Shown: piece after piece, positions 44,513-55,312 of the stretch
Numbering within the stretch: the stretch's first letter is position 1
Layout of the letters: each line of letters begins with the position of its first letter
DNA from: an uncultured Chloroflexia bacterium
GTDB taxonomy: Bacteria > Chloroflexota > Limnocylindria > Limnocylindrales > CSP1-4
Length of the DNA: 64,000 nt
Direction: 5' to 3'
Assembly (NCBI GenBank): GCA_963825995.1
Contig: CAWGVH010000006.1
Location: 584,474-648,473 of the forward strand
Notes under the pieces: generated by a model
Seen by the model: the letters and a program-made list of their open reading frames with translations, nothing else
Database searches by the model: none
Told to the model about the DNA's origin: nothing
Position numbers and translations under genes: made by a program

Positions 44513-45355
44513 ATGCACGCAGCGCCGAAGTCCAGGCCAGCCAGACACGACCGCGCGGCAGGAGCCGCCGGCTTGACCGAGCGTCAGCACGCGGAGGCTC
44601 TGGCGCGCTTCTACGACCTGGACGTGCTGGACGTCTCGTACGACGCGGAGCTCTACCAGCGGCTGGCCCATGAGTCGGGCGGGCCCGTCCTCGAGCTGGC
44701 CGTCGGCAGCGGCCGGCTCGCCATCCCCCTGGCCATGGCAGGCCACCGCGTCGTAGGCGTCGACCACGACGGCCCCATGCTGGAGCGGGCGTGGGCACGC
44801 TGGGACCTCGTTCGCGGTCCCGTCGAGCGCGAGCGGCTCAGCCTGCACGAGGGTGACTTCACGGCCTTCCGGGCCAGCGAGCGCTTCGCCATGGTCTTCA
44901 TCGCGGTCAACACGTTCCTGCTGGCCGAGGACGATCCGGCCCGCGTGGCGCTGCTGCGGGCCATGCGCGAGCAGTTGCAGTCCGGTGGCATCGCCGTGAT
45001 CGAGGTCAGCACGCCTGGCGACGACGAGCTGGCTGACTTCGATGGCCGCCTCCAGCTGGAGTGGCTGCGGCACGAGCCAGAGAGTGGCGACCTCGTTGCC
45101 AAGCTCGTGAGCGCGCGCCACGACGCTGAAACCTCCAGCGTGACGCTCTGCCAGGTCTTCGAGTGGACGCCAGCTCATGGCGGCCTGCTGGCCCGCGTGA
45201 CCCGGACCGACACCCTGCACCTCATCTCCGCGACGCACCTGGCCGATCTGGCCCTGGAATCGGGTTACGGCAGGGTGGATCTGTGGGGGGACCATCTATC
45301 CATACCCTATGGCTCCGGAAGTCACCGGGCCATCCTCGTGGCCCGGTTGGTATAG
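44513..45355 (+). CDS. Class I SAM-dependent methyltransferase
   Basis: ARFYDLD, VLELAVGSGR, GVDHDGPML, GDF. Confidence 0.88.
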   Translation: MHAAPKSRPARHDRAAGAAGLTERQHAEALARFYDLDVLDVSYDAELYQRLAHESGGPVLELAVGSGRLAIPLAMAGHRVVGVDHDGPMLERAWARWDLVRGPVERERLSLHEGDFTAFRASERFAMVFIAVNTFLLAEDDPARVALLRAMREQLQSGGIAVIEVSTPGDDELADFDGRLQLEWLRHEPESGDLVAKLVSARHDAETSSVTLCQVFEWTPAHGGLLARVTRTDTLHLISATHLADLALESGYGRVDLWGDHLSIPYGSGSHRAILVARLV

Positions 45356-45362
45356 TCCGGAC

Positions 45363-46535
45363 GTGGCCACCTCAGAACAGATCCGCCTGCTGCTGGTCGA
45401 GGACGTCGCCCAAGTCTCGCAGTACGTGCGCAATCTCCTGCAACACCAGAAGCAGGTGCGCCTGCTGGACACCGTGACCGACGGCCGTGTAGTACTCGAC
45501 CGGATCCGGGAACTGCGCCCCGACGTGCTCATGGTGGACGCACTCCTGCAGGGCAAGGCCAGCGGCCTCGAGGTGGCAGAGCAGGTGCGCCAGGCCGGCC
45601 TGCGGATCCCCATCGTCATCGTTACCGTCCCGCAGAAGCCGGTGAAGGTCGGGGAGGGGATGGGCATCATCGAGGTGCTCTCGATGCCGTTCTCGGGCTT
45701 TGAGCTCATGAACGCCCTGAACCACGCCAGCAGCCGTTATCGGGCTACCGCACCCAGCGCCATGTCGCGCTCCTACGCCGTCTACTCAGGCAAGGGTGGC
45801 GTGGGCCGCACCACCATCGCCTACAACCTGGCCGTCTCATTCGGGCAGATGCCCGGCGTTCGCGTGGTCCTCATCGACGGCGACCTCCAGTTCAGCGATC
45901 TGCGCGGCCTGTTGCGGGTGCCGGACGCCGCTCCATCCCTGCTGCAGCTCCCGACGGACCGCATCTCCGAGAGTGACCTGGCCTCCGTCCTGTGGCGGGA
46001 TCCTTCCGGCATCGATCTGCTGTTGGCGCCGCCTCGCGTGGAGCAGTCAGAGATGGTCACGGCACGAGATGTCGAGAAGGTCGTGTCGCTGTTGCGCCGC
46101 ATCTACAACGTCATCGTCATCGATGCGCCGCCGGCCATCACTGACACGACGCTGGTGTTCCTCGATGACGCCGACGGCATCCTCACCGTCGTCACGCCCG
46201 ATCGCAACTCGGTGCGCGCCGCCCGTCTGGCCGGGCAGGCCTTCGTGGCGGCCGGCATGTCGCCGCACAAGATGATGCTGGTCCTGAACCGGGCAGGCAC
46301 CCCGGGCATCTCGCCCGAGCAGATGGCGGCCGAGCTGGGCCGCCTGCCGGACGTCGCCATCCCCGACGACCAGCCGCTCGTCAAGGCCACGACGGCGGAG
46401 GGTGTGCCCTTCGTCATGGCCCACCCGAAGGCCGCCGCCAGCATGAAGATCATCGGCATCGCCCAGAACCTGATGGCACCGCCCGATCCGGTGGCGCCCC
46501 AGCCCGCTGCGAACCTGGCTCCCTCGTTCGCCTGA
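45363..46535 (+). CDS. Receiver domain fused to a MinD/ParA-like ATPase (CpaE/TadZ-like)
   Basis: LLLVED...VLMVD receiver; SGKGGVGRTT, LIDGDLQF, IVIDAPP, LVLNR. Confidence 0.85.
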   Translation: MATSEQIRLLLVEDVAQVSQYVRNLLQHQKQVRLLDTVTDGRVVLDRIRELRPDVLMVDALLQGKASGLEVAEQVRQAGLRIPIVIVTVPQKPVKVGEGMGIIEVLSMPFSGFELMNALNHASSRYRATAPSAMSRSYAVYSGKGGVGRTTIAYNLAVSFGQMPGVRVVLIDGDLQFSDLRGLLRVPDAAPSLLQLPTDRISESDLASVLWRDPSGIDLLLAPPRVEQSEMVTARDVEKVVSLLRRIYNVIVIDAPPAITDTTLVFLDDADGILTVVTPDRNSVRAARLAGQAFVAAGMSPHKMMLVLNRAGTPGISPEQMAAELGRLPDVAIPDDQPLVKATTAEGVPFVMAHPKAAASMKIIGIAQNLMAPPDPVAPQPAANLAPSFA

Positions 46536-46539
46536 CGGG

Positions 46540-47475
46540 ATGGGCGACCCTCGACCCATCGGCTTCTTCGACTCGGGGGTCGGCGGACTGACCGTCCTCG
46601 TGGAGGTCTTGCGACGACTCCCGCGCGAGGACACCATCTACCTCGGCGACAACGCCCGTACGCCCTACGGTCCCCGGCCCGATGACGAGGTGGTGCGCTT
46701 CAGTACGGAGTGCCTCGACGCGCTGGCGGAGCGTGACGTCAAGGCCATCGTGGTGGCCTGCAACACGTCCACCGCCATCGCCCTGCCCAGCCTGCGGCGC
46801 CGCTACGCCCTCCCCATCCTTGGCGTCGTCCGGCCAGGCGCCACGGCGGCCGTGCTGGCCACGCGTACGCGCGCCGTTGGCCTGATCGCCACCCAGGCGA
46901 CCGTCCGCTCACACGCCTACTTCGAGGCCATCAAGGAGGAGGACCCATTCGTGGAGGTCTACGAGCACGCCACGCCGGAGCTCGTGCCTCTCGTGGAGGC
47001 AGGCAGGCTGTCCGGCCCGGACGTGGAGATCGTGCTGCGTCGATCGCTGGCCCCGCTCCTCGGCTCGCAGGCGGTCGGCGACGGCGCCCGTGACGAGTCA
47101 TTCGTCTTCCCCATGCCCCGTGACGCCAGGATCGACACGCTGCTGCTCGGCTGCACCCACTATCCGTTGCTGGGCCCGGTCATCCGCGGCCTCGTCGGCG
47201 ACGACATCGCGGTCATCGATTCGGCATCGGCCACGGCCAGCGCCCTGGCCAGCCTCATGGAGGTCCACGCTCTCGGTGCGCCTGACCGCCCCCAGGGACG
47301 CCACCTGATGCTTACCACAGGAGACACGGCAGTCTTCCGCCGCACGGCGCTCCTCCTGTTCGGCGAGGCGTTCGGGACCGTGGAGACACTGGACCTCGCC
47401 GCCGCCGCTGCCGTCCCCGTGACCACCCCTGCCGGCACTCCCGACGTCGCCGCCGGATCAGGGTCCCGGGTATGA
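46540..47475 (+). CDS. murI: Glutamate racemase
   Basis: FDSGVGGL, PYG, VACNT, LLGCTHYP (both catalytic Cys). Confidence 0.96.
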   Translation: MGDPRPIGFFDSGVGGLTVLVEVLRRLPREDTIYLGDNARTPYGPRPDDEVVRFSTECLDALAERDVKAIVVACNTSTAIALPSLRRRYALPILGVVRPGATAAVLATRTRAVGLIATQATVRSHAYFEAIKEEDPFVEVYEHATPELVPLVEAGRLSGPDVEIVLRRSLAPLLGSQAVGDGARDESFVFPMPRDARIDTLLLGCTHYPLLGPVIRGLVGDDIAVIDSASATASALASLMEVHALGAPDRPQGRHLMLTTGDTAVFRRTALLLFGEAFGTVETLDLAAAAAVPVTTPAGTPDVAAGSGSRV

Positions 47476-48677
47476 CCGTCGCCGGCGGCGGCGACCGCCT
47501 CCTCGCCAGCCGGCCGTTGCGCATCGGGCTGGCCATCGGCATCGGCCTCGCAGCGCGGGCCGTCGCCAGCCGGGCCACGGTGCGGTCCGCAGAGGGCCTC
47601 GTGGACTGGGGACGGGCCCAGCGCATCGCGCACCGGCGGCTCGTCCGCGCCCCGGGGCACCTCAGCGAACAGCAACTGCGGGCGACGCGGTCCGCCTACG
47701 CGCGCCACATGGCGCGCGTCGTGCCGCTGCTCGAGGAGCGGCTGGGCGCGGCGTTGCCCGGCGTCGTCGAGCGCCACGCCGTGGCCAGCCGCACCGAGTG
47801 GGCCACGGCCAACCTGGGCACCTTCCAGGCCCTCGTGGCGCACCTCGAGCCCAGCCTGATGCCACGTGGTTCGAAGGGCAGCCTGAGGACCGGACTGGCG
47901 GCCGCGACCAACCGCCTCCTGACCACCAGCCAGGTGGGGTTCCTGTTGGGCTACCTCGGCACCCGGGTGCTCGGCCAGTACGACGTGGCGCTGCTCTCGG
48001 CAGAGCAGGCTCCCGGCCGGCTGCTCTACGTGGAAGAGAACGTCCGGTCCGCCGCCCGCGCAGTCGGGGTCCCACTGGATACCTTCCGGCTGTGGGTCTG
48101 CCTGCACGAGACGACGCACGCCTTCGAGCTGGAGGCACATCCCTGGCTTCGTCCCTACCTGCGCGACCGGCTGGAGCGCCAGTTGGCGCTCATCGCCGAG
48201 GAAACGCGCCACCTGCAGCACCATGGGCTGCGCCATGTGGTGCGCCGCTGGCGCGCCGCGGCCGCGGAGGGTTCCTGGCGGGGCTTCCTGGCTCCCGAGC
48301 AGCGCGCCCTGTTCCGGGAGACGCAGGCGGTCATGAGCCTCATGGAGGGGTTCAGCGACTGGGTCATGGACGAGGTCGGCGCCGAGCTCATCCCGGACGT
48401 GGCCTCCATCCGCCGGCGGGTCGAGACACGCCGCGGCCAGCGTCGGCGTGGCATCGACCGCATCCTGGCCCGGCTCACGGGCATGGACCTCAAGCTTGCG
48501 CAGTACCGGCGCGGAGAGCGGTTCGTAGCCGGAGTCCATGCCGCCGGTGGCAGCCCCGCCATCGCTCATCTGTGGGACGGACCTGAGACACTGCCCAACG
48601 AACGGGAGCTGGATGATCCGGCCGCCTGGGTCATGCGAGTCATGCCGGCGGCCGACGCGCCAGCGGGGAGGACCTGA
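47472..48677 (+). CDS. Zinc-dependent metalloprotease (DUF2342/zincin-like)
   Basis: VLGQYD, LHETTH (HExxH), MSLMEG, QYRRGERF, LP...EL..P..W. Confidence 0.85.
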   Translation: MTVAGGGDRLLASRPLRIGLAIGIGLAARAVASRATVRSAEGLVDWGRAQRIAHRRLVRAPGHLSEQQLRATRSAYARHMARVVPLLEERLGAALPGVVERHAVASRTEWATANLGTFQALVAHLEPSLMPRGSKGSLRTGLAAATNRLLTTSQVGFLLGYLGTRVLGQYDVALLSAEQAPGRLLYVEENVRSAARAVGVPLDTFRLWVCLHETTHAFELEAHPWLRPYLRDRLERQLALIAEETRHLQHHGLRHVVRRWRAAAAEGSWRGFLAPEQRALFRETQAVMSLMEGFSDWVMDEVGAELIPDVASIRRRVETRRGQRRRGIDRILARLTGMDLKLAQYRRGERFVAGVHAAGGSPAIAHLWDGPETLPNERELDDPAAWVMRVMPAADAPAGRT

Positions 48678-48685
48678 CGCCAACG

Positions 48686-49690
48686 ATGCCACGAGGGATC
48701 GAGCCAGCCGCCATCGCGCTGACGCCCATCCTGTCAGCTCGCTATCGCGAGGAGGACCTGGCCCGCATCCGCGCGGCTGCCCCCGGAGCCCGACTCGTGA
48801 GCGTCTCGCTGGAGGGCCTCTCCGACAGCCCGCTCGACGACGTCGAGGTGTTGCTGCGCGGCCCCATGCCGGCGGCCAGCTTCGATCGCCTCCTGGCTCG
48901 TTGCCCCCGGCTGTCCTGGGTGCACTCCGCCACGGCTGGGGTGGAGCGCTTGCTGACGGCTGAGGCAGCCGGCCGCAGCCTGACCATCACCAACGCCCGC
49001 GGCGTCTTCAGCGAGCCCATCGCCGAGTACACGCTGATGATGATCCTGGCCGTCGTGCGCAGGCTGCCCGAGCTCATGGAGCTGCAGCGCGAGCGCACCT
49101 GGCAGCCGCTGCCGGCTCGCGAACTACGACAGGTAACGGTGGGCATCGTCGGCCTGGGATCCATCGGCCGCGCCGTTGCCCGGCTGGCGACCGCCTTTGG
49201 AGCGAAGGTCATCGCCACCAGGCGAGATCCTGACCGCGGCGATGGTGGCGAGCCGATCCCGGACGGCCTGGACCGGATCCTCTCCCACGACCAGCTGTCG
49301 GAGCTCCTGGCAGCCGCCGATTTCGTTGTGCTGGCCGTGCCCCTCACGAGCACGACCGACAAGCTCATGGACGCGCGGCGCCTGGCGCAGATGAAGCGGG
49401 GTGCCTGGCTCATCAACGTGGCTCGCGGACGGCTCGTCGACCAGTCGGCCCTGCTCCGGGCCTTGCGCAACGGCTCCCTCGGCGGCGCCATCCTCGACAC
49501 GCTCTGGGAAGAGCCGCTGCCGCCCAGCTCGCCACTCTGGGATGCTCCGGGGCTGATCATCACGCCTCACACGTCCTGGTCGAGCGGCCGCGTGCTGGAC
49601 CGTAGCATCGAGCTCTTCTGCGAGAACCTTGCGCGCTTCCGGGATGGTCGCGAGCTGCTCAACATCGTCGATCCGGAGGCCGGGTACTAG
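48686..49690 (+). CDS. D-2-hydroxyacid dehydrogenase
   Basis: GLGSIG, INVARG, EEPLP, ITPH. Confidence 0.92.
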   Translation: MPRGIEPAAIALTPILSARYREEDLARIRAAAPGARLVSVSLEGLSDSPLDDVEVLLRGPMPAASFDRLLARCPRLSWVHSATAGVERLLTAEAAGRSLTITNARGVFSEPIAEYTLMMILAVVRRLPELMELQRERTWQPLPARELRQVTVGIVGLGSIGRAVARLATAFGAKVIATRRDPDRGDGGEPIPDGLDRILSHDQLSELLAAADFVVLAVPLTSTTDKLMDARRLAQMKRGAWLINVARGRLVDQSALLRALRNGSLGGAILDTLWEEPLPPSSPLWDAPGLIITPHTSWSSGRVLDRSIELFCENLARFRDGRELLNIVDPEAGY

Positions 49691-50791
49691 ATGCAGATCG
49701 CCATCGTCGGCCTCGCCCGCTCGGGTAAGACGACCGTCTTCAACTCCCTCACCCGCGGCACGGCAGAGACGGGCGGCTTCGGCGGCCTGACGGTCAACAC
49801 CGGGGTCGTGAAGGTTCCCGACGAGCGCCTGGGGCGGCTCACCAGCGTCTTCCGACCCAAGCGGGAGGTGCCTGCCGACGTCACCTACGTGGACCTGCCG
49901 GCGCCGGCCATGACGGCCGAGGGCGCGCCCCACAGCGACATCCCGGCCGACCAGCTGGCCCGCCTGCGCAACGCTGACGCCCTCCTGCACGTCGTGCGGG
50001 CCTTCTTGGATGACACCGTGCCCCACCCGCTCTTGGGCGTGGACCCGCGACGCGACATGGAGCAGCTGGAGCTGGAGTTCACGCTGGCCGACCTTGGCGT
50101 GGTCGAGAAGCGCGTCGAGAAGCTGCGCACGTCGGGACGCCATGGCACGCCCGCCGAGCGGGAGTCCAACGAGCGGGAGCTGGAGGTCCTGGAGCGTATC
50201 CTGCCGGCTCTCACCGAGGGTCGGCCCATCCGTGACCTGGGGCTGTCGGCCGACGACGAGCTGCGCATCCGCGGGTTCCGCTTCCTGACCGAGAAGCCCG
50301 TCCTCGTCCTGCTCAATGTCGGGGAGTCCGATCTCGACCGGGCGGATGGGCTGGCCCACGAGCTGCAGGCCAGCGTCAGCCACGCCCACACGAGCGTGGT
50401 GCCACTCTCGGCCCGCATCGAGATGGAGATCGGCCAGCTCGACGACGAGGAGGCGCAGGTCTTCCGCGAGGACCTCGGACTGGAAGGCTCCAGCCTGGAG
50501 CGCGTCATCCGCGCCAGCTACTCGCTCCTGGGCCTCATCAGCTTCTTCACGGCCGGCCCGGACGAGACCCGCGCCTGGACCGTCCACCACGGTGCCTCGG
50601 CCGTGGACGCCGCGGGTGCCATCCACTCCGACCTGGCCCGCGGATTCATCCGCGCCGAGGTCATCGGCTGGCAGGAGCTCCTCGAGCTGGGCTCCATGGC
50701 CGAGGCCAAGCGCCACGGCAAGGTCCGTTCGGAGGGCAAGACGTACCAGGTCAAGGACGGCGACGTCATCGAGATCCTCTTCAACGTCTGA
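49691..50791 (+). CDS. ychF: YchF-family ATPase (divergent)
   Basis: GLARSGKTT, LHVVRAF, LTEKP, LNVGE, LISFFTAG, AAGAIHSD..RGFIRAE, EGKTYQVKDGD (TGS). Confidence 0.88.
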   Translation: MQIAIVGLARSGKTTVFNSLTRGTAETGGFGGLTVNTGVVKVPDERLGRLTSVFRPKREVPADVTYVDLPAPAMTAEGAPHSDIPADQLARLRNADALLHVVRAFLDDTVPHPLLGVDPRRDMEQLELEFTLADLGVVEKRVEKLRTSGRHGTPAERESNERELEVLERILPALTEGRPIRDLGLSADDELRIRGFRFLTEKPVLVLLNVGESDLDRADGLAHELQASVSHAHTSVVPLSARIEMEIGQLDDEEAQVFREDLGLEGSSLERVIRASYSLLGLISFFTAGPDETRAWTVHHGASAVDAAGAIHSDLARGFIRAEVIGWQELLELGSMAEAKRHGKVRSEGKTYQVKDGDVIEILFNV

Positions 50792-50824
50792 TCCAACGCC
50801 TGGGCCAGTCTGGCAGCAGGGCCG

Positions 50825-51223
50825 TCAGTCGAGGCGATCGTCGCCCCAGACGGCGTCGTCCGGCTCCACGTCCACGAGCAGCGTGCGGTAATCCGTCGCG
50901 TCCGACCCACCCCGGCTGGCCACCGTGATGTCCGACACGAACGTGCCATCGTCCATGGCTGAGACGTTGACGGCCACGCGCAGCTGCGTATCGTCGATGA
51001 TGAGGAAGCCGGACTTCTCGGCCAGGTCCGCCGCGATGGCCTCGATGAGCGAATCCTCGCGGAAGCCGTCGATGACCCGGGCACGCGATGCGACCACCAG
51101 CTCCAGGAACTCCGATTCGTCGTACTCGACGTCGTGCGCGAGCAGGACGTCCGCGAAGACTTCGCTGTCGCTCTCGTGGAGCTCGTAGAAGAAGAGGGGG
51201 ACGTCCCCGTCGCGCAGGGTCAC
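50825..51223 (-). CDS. Small acidic hypothetical protein
   Basis: Coding-like FFYELHESDSEVFADVLLAHDVEYDESEFLELV; GTG lies 7 nt after TATACT. Confidence 0.65.
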   Translation of the reverse strand: MTLRDGDVPLFFYELHESDSEVFADVLLAHDVEYDESEFLELVVASRARVIDGFREDSLIEAIAADLAEKSGFLIIDDTQLRVAVNVSAMDDGTFVSDITVASRGGSDATDYRTLLVDVEPDDAVWGDDRLD

Positions 51224-51311
51224 GGGCACGAGTATAGGCTTCGCGGTCGCGTCGCCAGCGGGCGGCGGCCTGGCGTGCCGGGTGGAAGAACAGGGACGAA
51301 GCGAGGGCTGG

Positions 51312-52210
51312 ATGCGCAAGCCGGATGTGATCATCGTCGGTGCGGCCACGCGCGATCTCAACGATGAGGCGCCACGAGGCTGGCTGCTCGGTGGAGGCGT
51401 GACCTACGGGGCCCTCGCCCTGGCACGGCTGGGCGTGGGCACCGGCGTCCTGCTCGGGCTCGATGACGAGGCCCGCACGGCCCCTGAGCTCGACCTGATC
51501 CGCGATGCCGGGGCGGAGATCGTCGAGGTGCCGCTGGCCAAGGGGCCCGTCTTCCGTAACACGGAGACCCTCGCGGGACGTGTCCAGACTTGCGATGGTC
51601 CCAGCGATCCGGTGCCCGTCGCCGCGCTACCCGGGCGCTGGCGTGACGTGCGCCGCCTGGGTGCTGGCACCGGTGGCCAGCGAGATCCATGACGAGTGGG
51701 CCAGCGCACCCCCGGCCGATGCCTGCGTGGCCCTGGCCTGGCAGGGCATCCTGCGCCACCTGCAGCCTGGCGTCCGAGTGCGGCCCTTGGAACCCGGACC
51801 TTCCACCCTCGTCCGGCGCGCGGACATCCTGGCGGTCAGCCGGCATGACATCCCGGGCGACCTGCCGGTGCGCAGCATCGGCCAGTGGTTGCCGCCGTCT
51901 GCAGAACTGCTGCTGACAGCCGGACTCCTGGGCGGTCTGCTCGTCCGCTTCCAGGATCACCGTCTTGTGGAAGCGCGCGCCTACCCCAGCGTCCCGTCGC
52001 CCATCGAGATCGACGCCACCGGCGCCGGTGACACGATGCTGGCCGGCCTCGTGGCGGCCCGGATCGTGGCGGGGCCGGAAGGCCGTCGCATGGGTCGGGA
52101 CCTGCACCTGGGGGCACTTGCTGGCAGCCTGCTCGTGGAAGGGCCCGGGCATGGATTCCGTGCCCACCCTCGACCAGCTGAGGGAGCGGCTGGCGCGCAC
52201 CGTGGGCTGA
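51312..52210 (+). pseudogene. PfkB-family carbohydrate kinase, frameshifts near 51651 and 52149 (probably sequencing errors)
   Basis: GGGVTYGALALARLG and DATGAGD motifs spread over three frames. Confidence 0.8.
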
Positions 52211-52253
52211 GGGACCCGGTACCCCGCGACGCTGGACAGGAGGCCCGAACAAC

Positions 52254-52285
52254 GGACCGCCGGCACCTCGCGGTGCCGGCGGTCC
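52254..52285. terminator. Perfect 14-bp hairpin between convergent genes
   Basis: GGACCGCCGGCACC-tcgc-GGTGCCGGCGGTCC. Confidence 0.7.
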
Positions 52286-52321
52286 CTGACCCTGTGCGCC
52301 CGGTGCTGACCGGGCGGACGC

Positions 52322-53284
52322 TTACGAGGCGGCGTTCTCCGCGGTGATGAGCTCCACGCCCGTGTCGATGGTGGGATCGAGCGTCTCGCCATTGATGAGC
52401 TTGATGAGACTCTCGACGCCGAAGTACCCCATGTTGATGGGGTTCTGGGCGATGGTGGCCTCCATGTCGCCTGCCAGGACGGCCTCGCGGGCATCCGGGT
52501 TGGCGTCGTAGCCCACGACCGTGACCTGGTCAAGAAGGTCGGCGGCGCGCAGCGCCTCGACAGCGCCGAGGGCCATCTCGTCATTGCTGCCGAAGATGCC
52601 GGCCAGGTCCGGATGCTGCGTGATGATGTCCTCGGTGGCTGCCAGACCCTTGGCACGATCCCAATCGGCCGGCACTTCCATGACGAGGTCCAGCCCGCAG
52701 GCCTCGATGGCCTGCTTGGAGCCCTCGGCACGGGCCTGCCCGGTCGTGGTGGTGATGAGGCCCTGGAGGATGGCCACCTTGCTGCCAGGCTCCAGGTTGT
52801 CACAGAGGTACTTGCCTGCCAACGCGGCGCCGACGGCGTTGTCAGTGCCGATGTAGGTGACGCCCTCGTTGTCACCGCCCGAGTCGACCCAGACGACCTT
52901 GACGCCCGCGTCCATGGCGGCCTGGATGGCCGGGTGCAGGGCGACGGCGTCCGTCACGGCGATGGCCATGCCTGCCGCGCCCTGGGCCGCGTTGTCCTCG
53001 ATGAGGGCGATCTGCCCGGGGATGTCGGATTCAGCTGACGGGGCCACGACCTGGACGTCCACGCCGTAGTCCGCGCCCGCCTGCACGGCGCCCTGCTCGA
53101 CGAGTGCCCAGAATGGGTTGCCCGACGAAGGGCCCTTCATGTTGACGAAGAGCTTGGCGCCTGCCGCGGCACCCGGGTCCTTGCTCGCGGCAGCCGGGCT
53201 CTCGTCCTGGGCAGCGACTGGCCCGACCACGGCGAGAGCCAGCATCGCGGCCCCACCGACCGCGAGGATGCGTGTTGCCTTCAT
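52322..53284 (-). CDS. Sugar (probably inositol) ABC transporter substrate-binding protein, RbsB-like
   Basis: Signal peptide; NPFW, IGTDN, NDEMALGA, VGYD, IAQNP. Confidence 0.92.
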   Translation of the reverse strand: MKATRILAVGGAAMLALAVVGPVAAQDESPAAASKDPGAAAGAKLFVNMKGPSSGNPFWALVEQGAVQAGADYGVDVQVVAPSAESDIPGQIALIEDNAAQGAAGMAIAVTDAVALHPAIQAAMDAGVKVVWVDSGGDNEGVTYIGTDNAVGAALAGKYLCDNLEPGSKVAILQGLITTTTGQARAEGSKQAIEACGLDLVMEVPADWDRAKGLAATEDIITQHPDLAGIFGSNDEMALGAVEALRAADLLDQVTVVGYDANPDAREAVLAGDMEATIAQNPINMGYFGVESLIKLINGETLDPTIDTGVELITAENAAS

Positions 53285-53448
53285 GTCTCCTCCTCCTGGG
53301 GGTTTCCGGCGGGCGCCGAAGACCGGCCTACCCGCGATCCCAATCATGGCGCCTCTAGGTCGGCTCTGTCACCTCCCTTCCTTGCCCTCCGACGTCACCG
53401 GTCCAGACGTTTCGGAACCGGTCCCCGCGACCTGGCGGCCGGCCGGGA

Positions 53449-54477
53449 TCACCCGGCGGAGGCCAGGCGCCGGCGGAAGACGTCGAAGGCCACCACGGCG
53501 ATGATGACGACCCCGATGAGCACCTGCTGCCAGAAGACCTGCACGTTCGACAGGTTCAGCAGGTTGCGAAGCATGCCGATGACGAGGACGCCCGCGAAGA
53601 CGCCCAGCACGGTGCCACGGCCGCCGAAGAAGCTGGCGCCGCCGATGATGACCGCGGAGATGGCCACCAACTCGTCACCCTCGCCGGCGTTGGGGAAGCC
53701 CGAGTTGGTGCGTCCGGCCAAGAGCAGTCCGGCGAAGCCCGCCATGAAACCACACAGGGCGTACGCGATGACGAGGGTGCGGTCCACGTTGATCCCGGAG
53801 ACACGCGCCGCTTGGGGGTTCCCGCCAAGGGCGAAGATGTGCCGTCCCGTACGCAGGTGCTGCAGGAAGAACCAGGCGATGACGAACGTGATGAGGACGA
53901 CGACGAGGCTGACCGGGACGCGCAGCCCGAGGACGTCGAAGTTGCCAGAACCCAGCCAGGTCACCTCCGGCGGCATCCCTGTGATTGGCCGCCCATCGGA
54001 GATGAGGTACGTGGCACCGCGGGCGATGAACATCATGCCCAGCGTCATGATGAAGGGGTGAGGCATGTGGAGCCTGGTGAGGCCCAGCCCGTTGACCGTC
54101 CCGACGAAGAGGCCGGCGAGGAGCGGGGCGATGATGACGACCGGCCAGGCGGCCCCGTTATCGGCAAGGATGGCGGCGCACATCATCGCCAGCGCCAGGA
54201 CGGAGCCGATCGAGAGGTCGATGCCGGCCGTGACGATGACGATGAACTCGCCCAGCGCCAGCAGCTGGTAGAAGGCCGTCTGGCGGAAGATGTTGAAGAT
54301 GTTGCGTTCGGACAGGAAGACGTCTGGCTGGGCCAGCCAGGAGAGGCAGCCCATGATCAGGACCATCAGCAGGACGCCCCAGCGGTCGAACCAGCCGATG
54401 GCTCGCATCGTCGCCTTCGAGCGGGCGCCGGCGTCGCCGAGGTCAGATCCAGCCCCCGTGCTGATCGCGTCAGTCAT
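53449..54477 (-). CDS. Sugar ABC transporter permease, RbsC-like
   Basis: GIDLSIGS, PFIMTLG, GGNPQAARVSGI, AISAVIIGGASFFGGRG. Confidence 0.93.
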   Translation of the reverse strand: MTDAISTGAGSDLGDAGARSKATMRAIGWFDRWGVLLMVLIMGCLSWLAQPDVFLSERNIFNIFRQTAFYQLLALGEFIVIVTAGIDLSIGSVLALAMMCAAILADNGAAWPVVIIAPLLAGLFVGTVNGLGLTRLHMPHPFIMTLGMMFIARGATYLISDGRPITGMPPEVTWLGSGNFDVLGLRVPVSLVVVLITFVIAWFFLQHLRTGRHIFALGGNPQAARVSGINVDRTLVIAYALCGFMAGFAGLLLAGRTNSGFPNAGEGDELVAISAVIIGGASFFGGRGTVLGVFAGVLVIGMLRNLLNLSNVQVFWQQVLIGVVIIAVVAFDVFRRRLASAG

Positions 54478-54487
54478 GCCTTCACCC

Positions 54488-55308
<821 letters not shown>

Positions 55309-55312
<4 letters not shown>

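Noticed and set aside
41026-45355. Helicase-nuclease plus methyltransferase as a restriction or defence system
   Set aside because: The methyltransferase lacks DPPY/NPPY or PC motifs and looks like a small-molecule enzyme; the context is housekeeping
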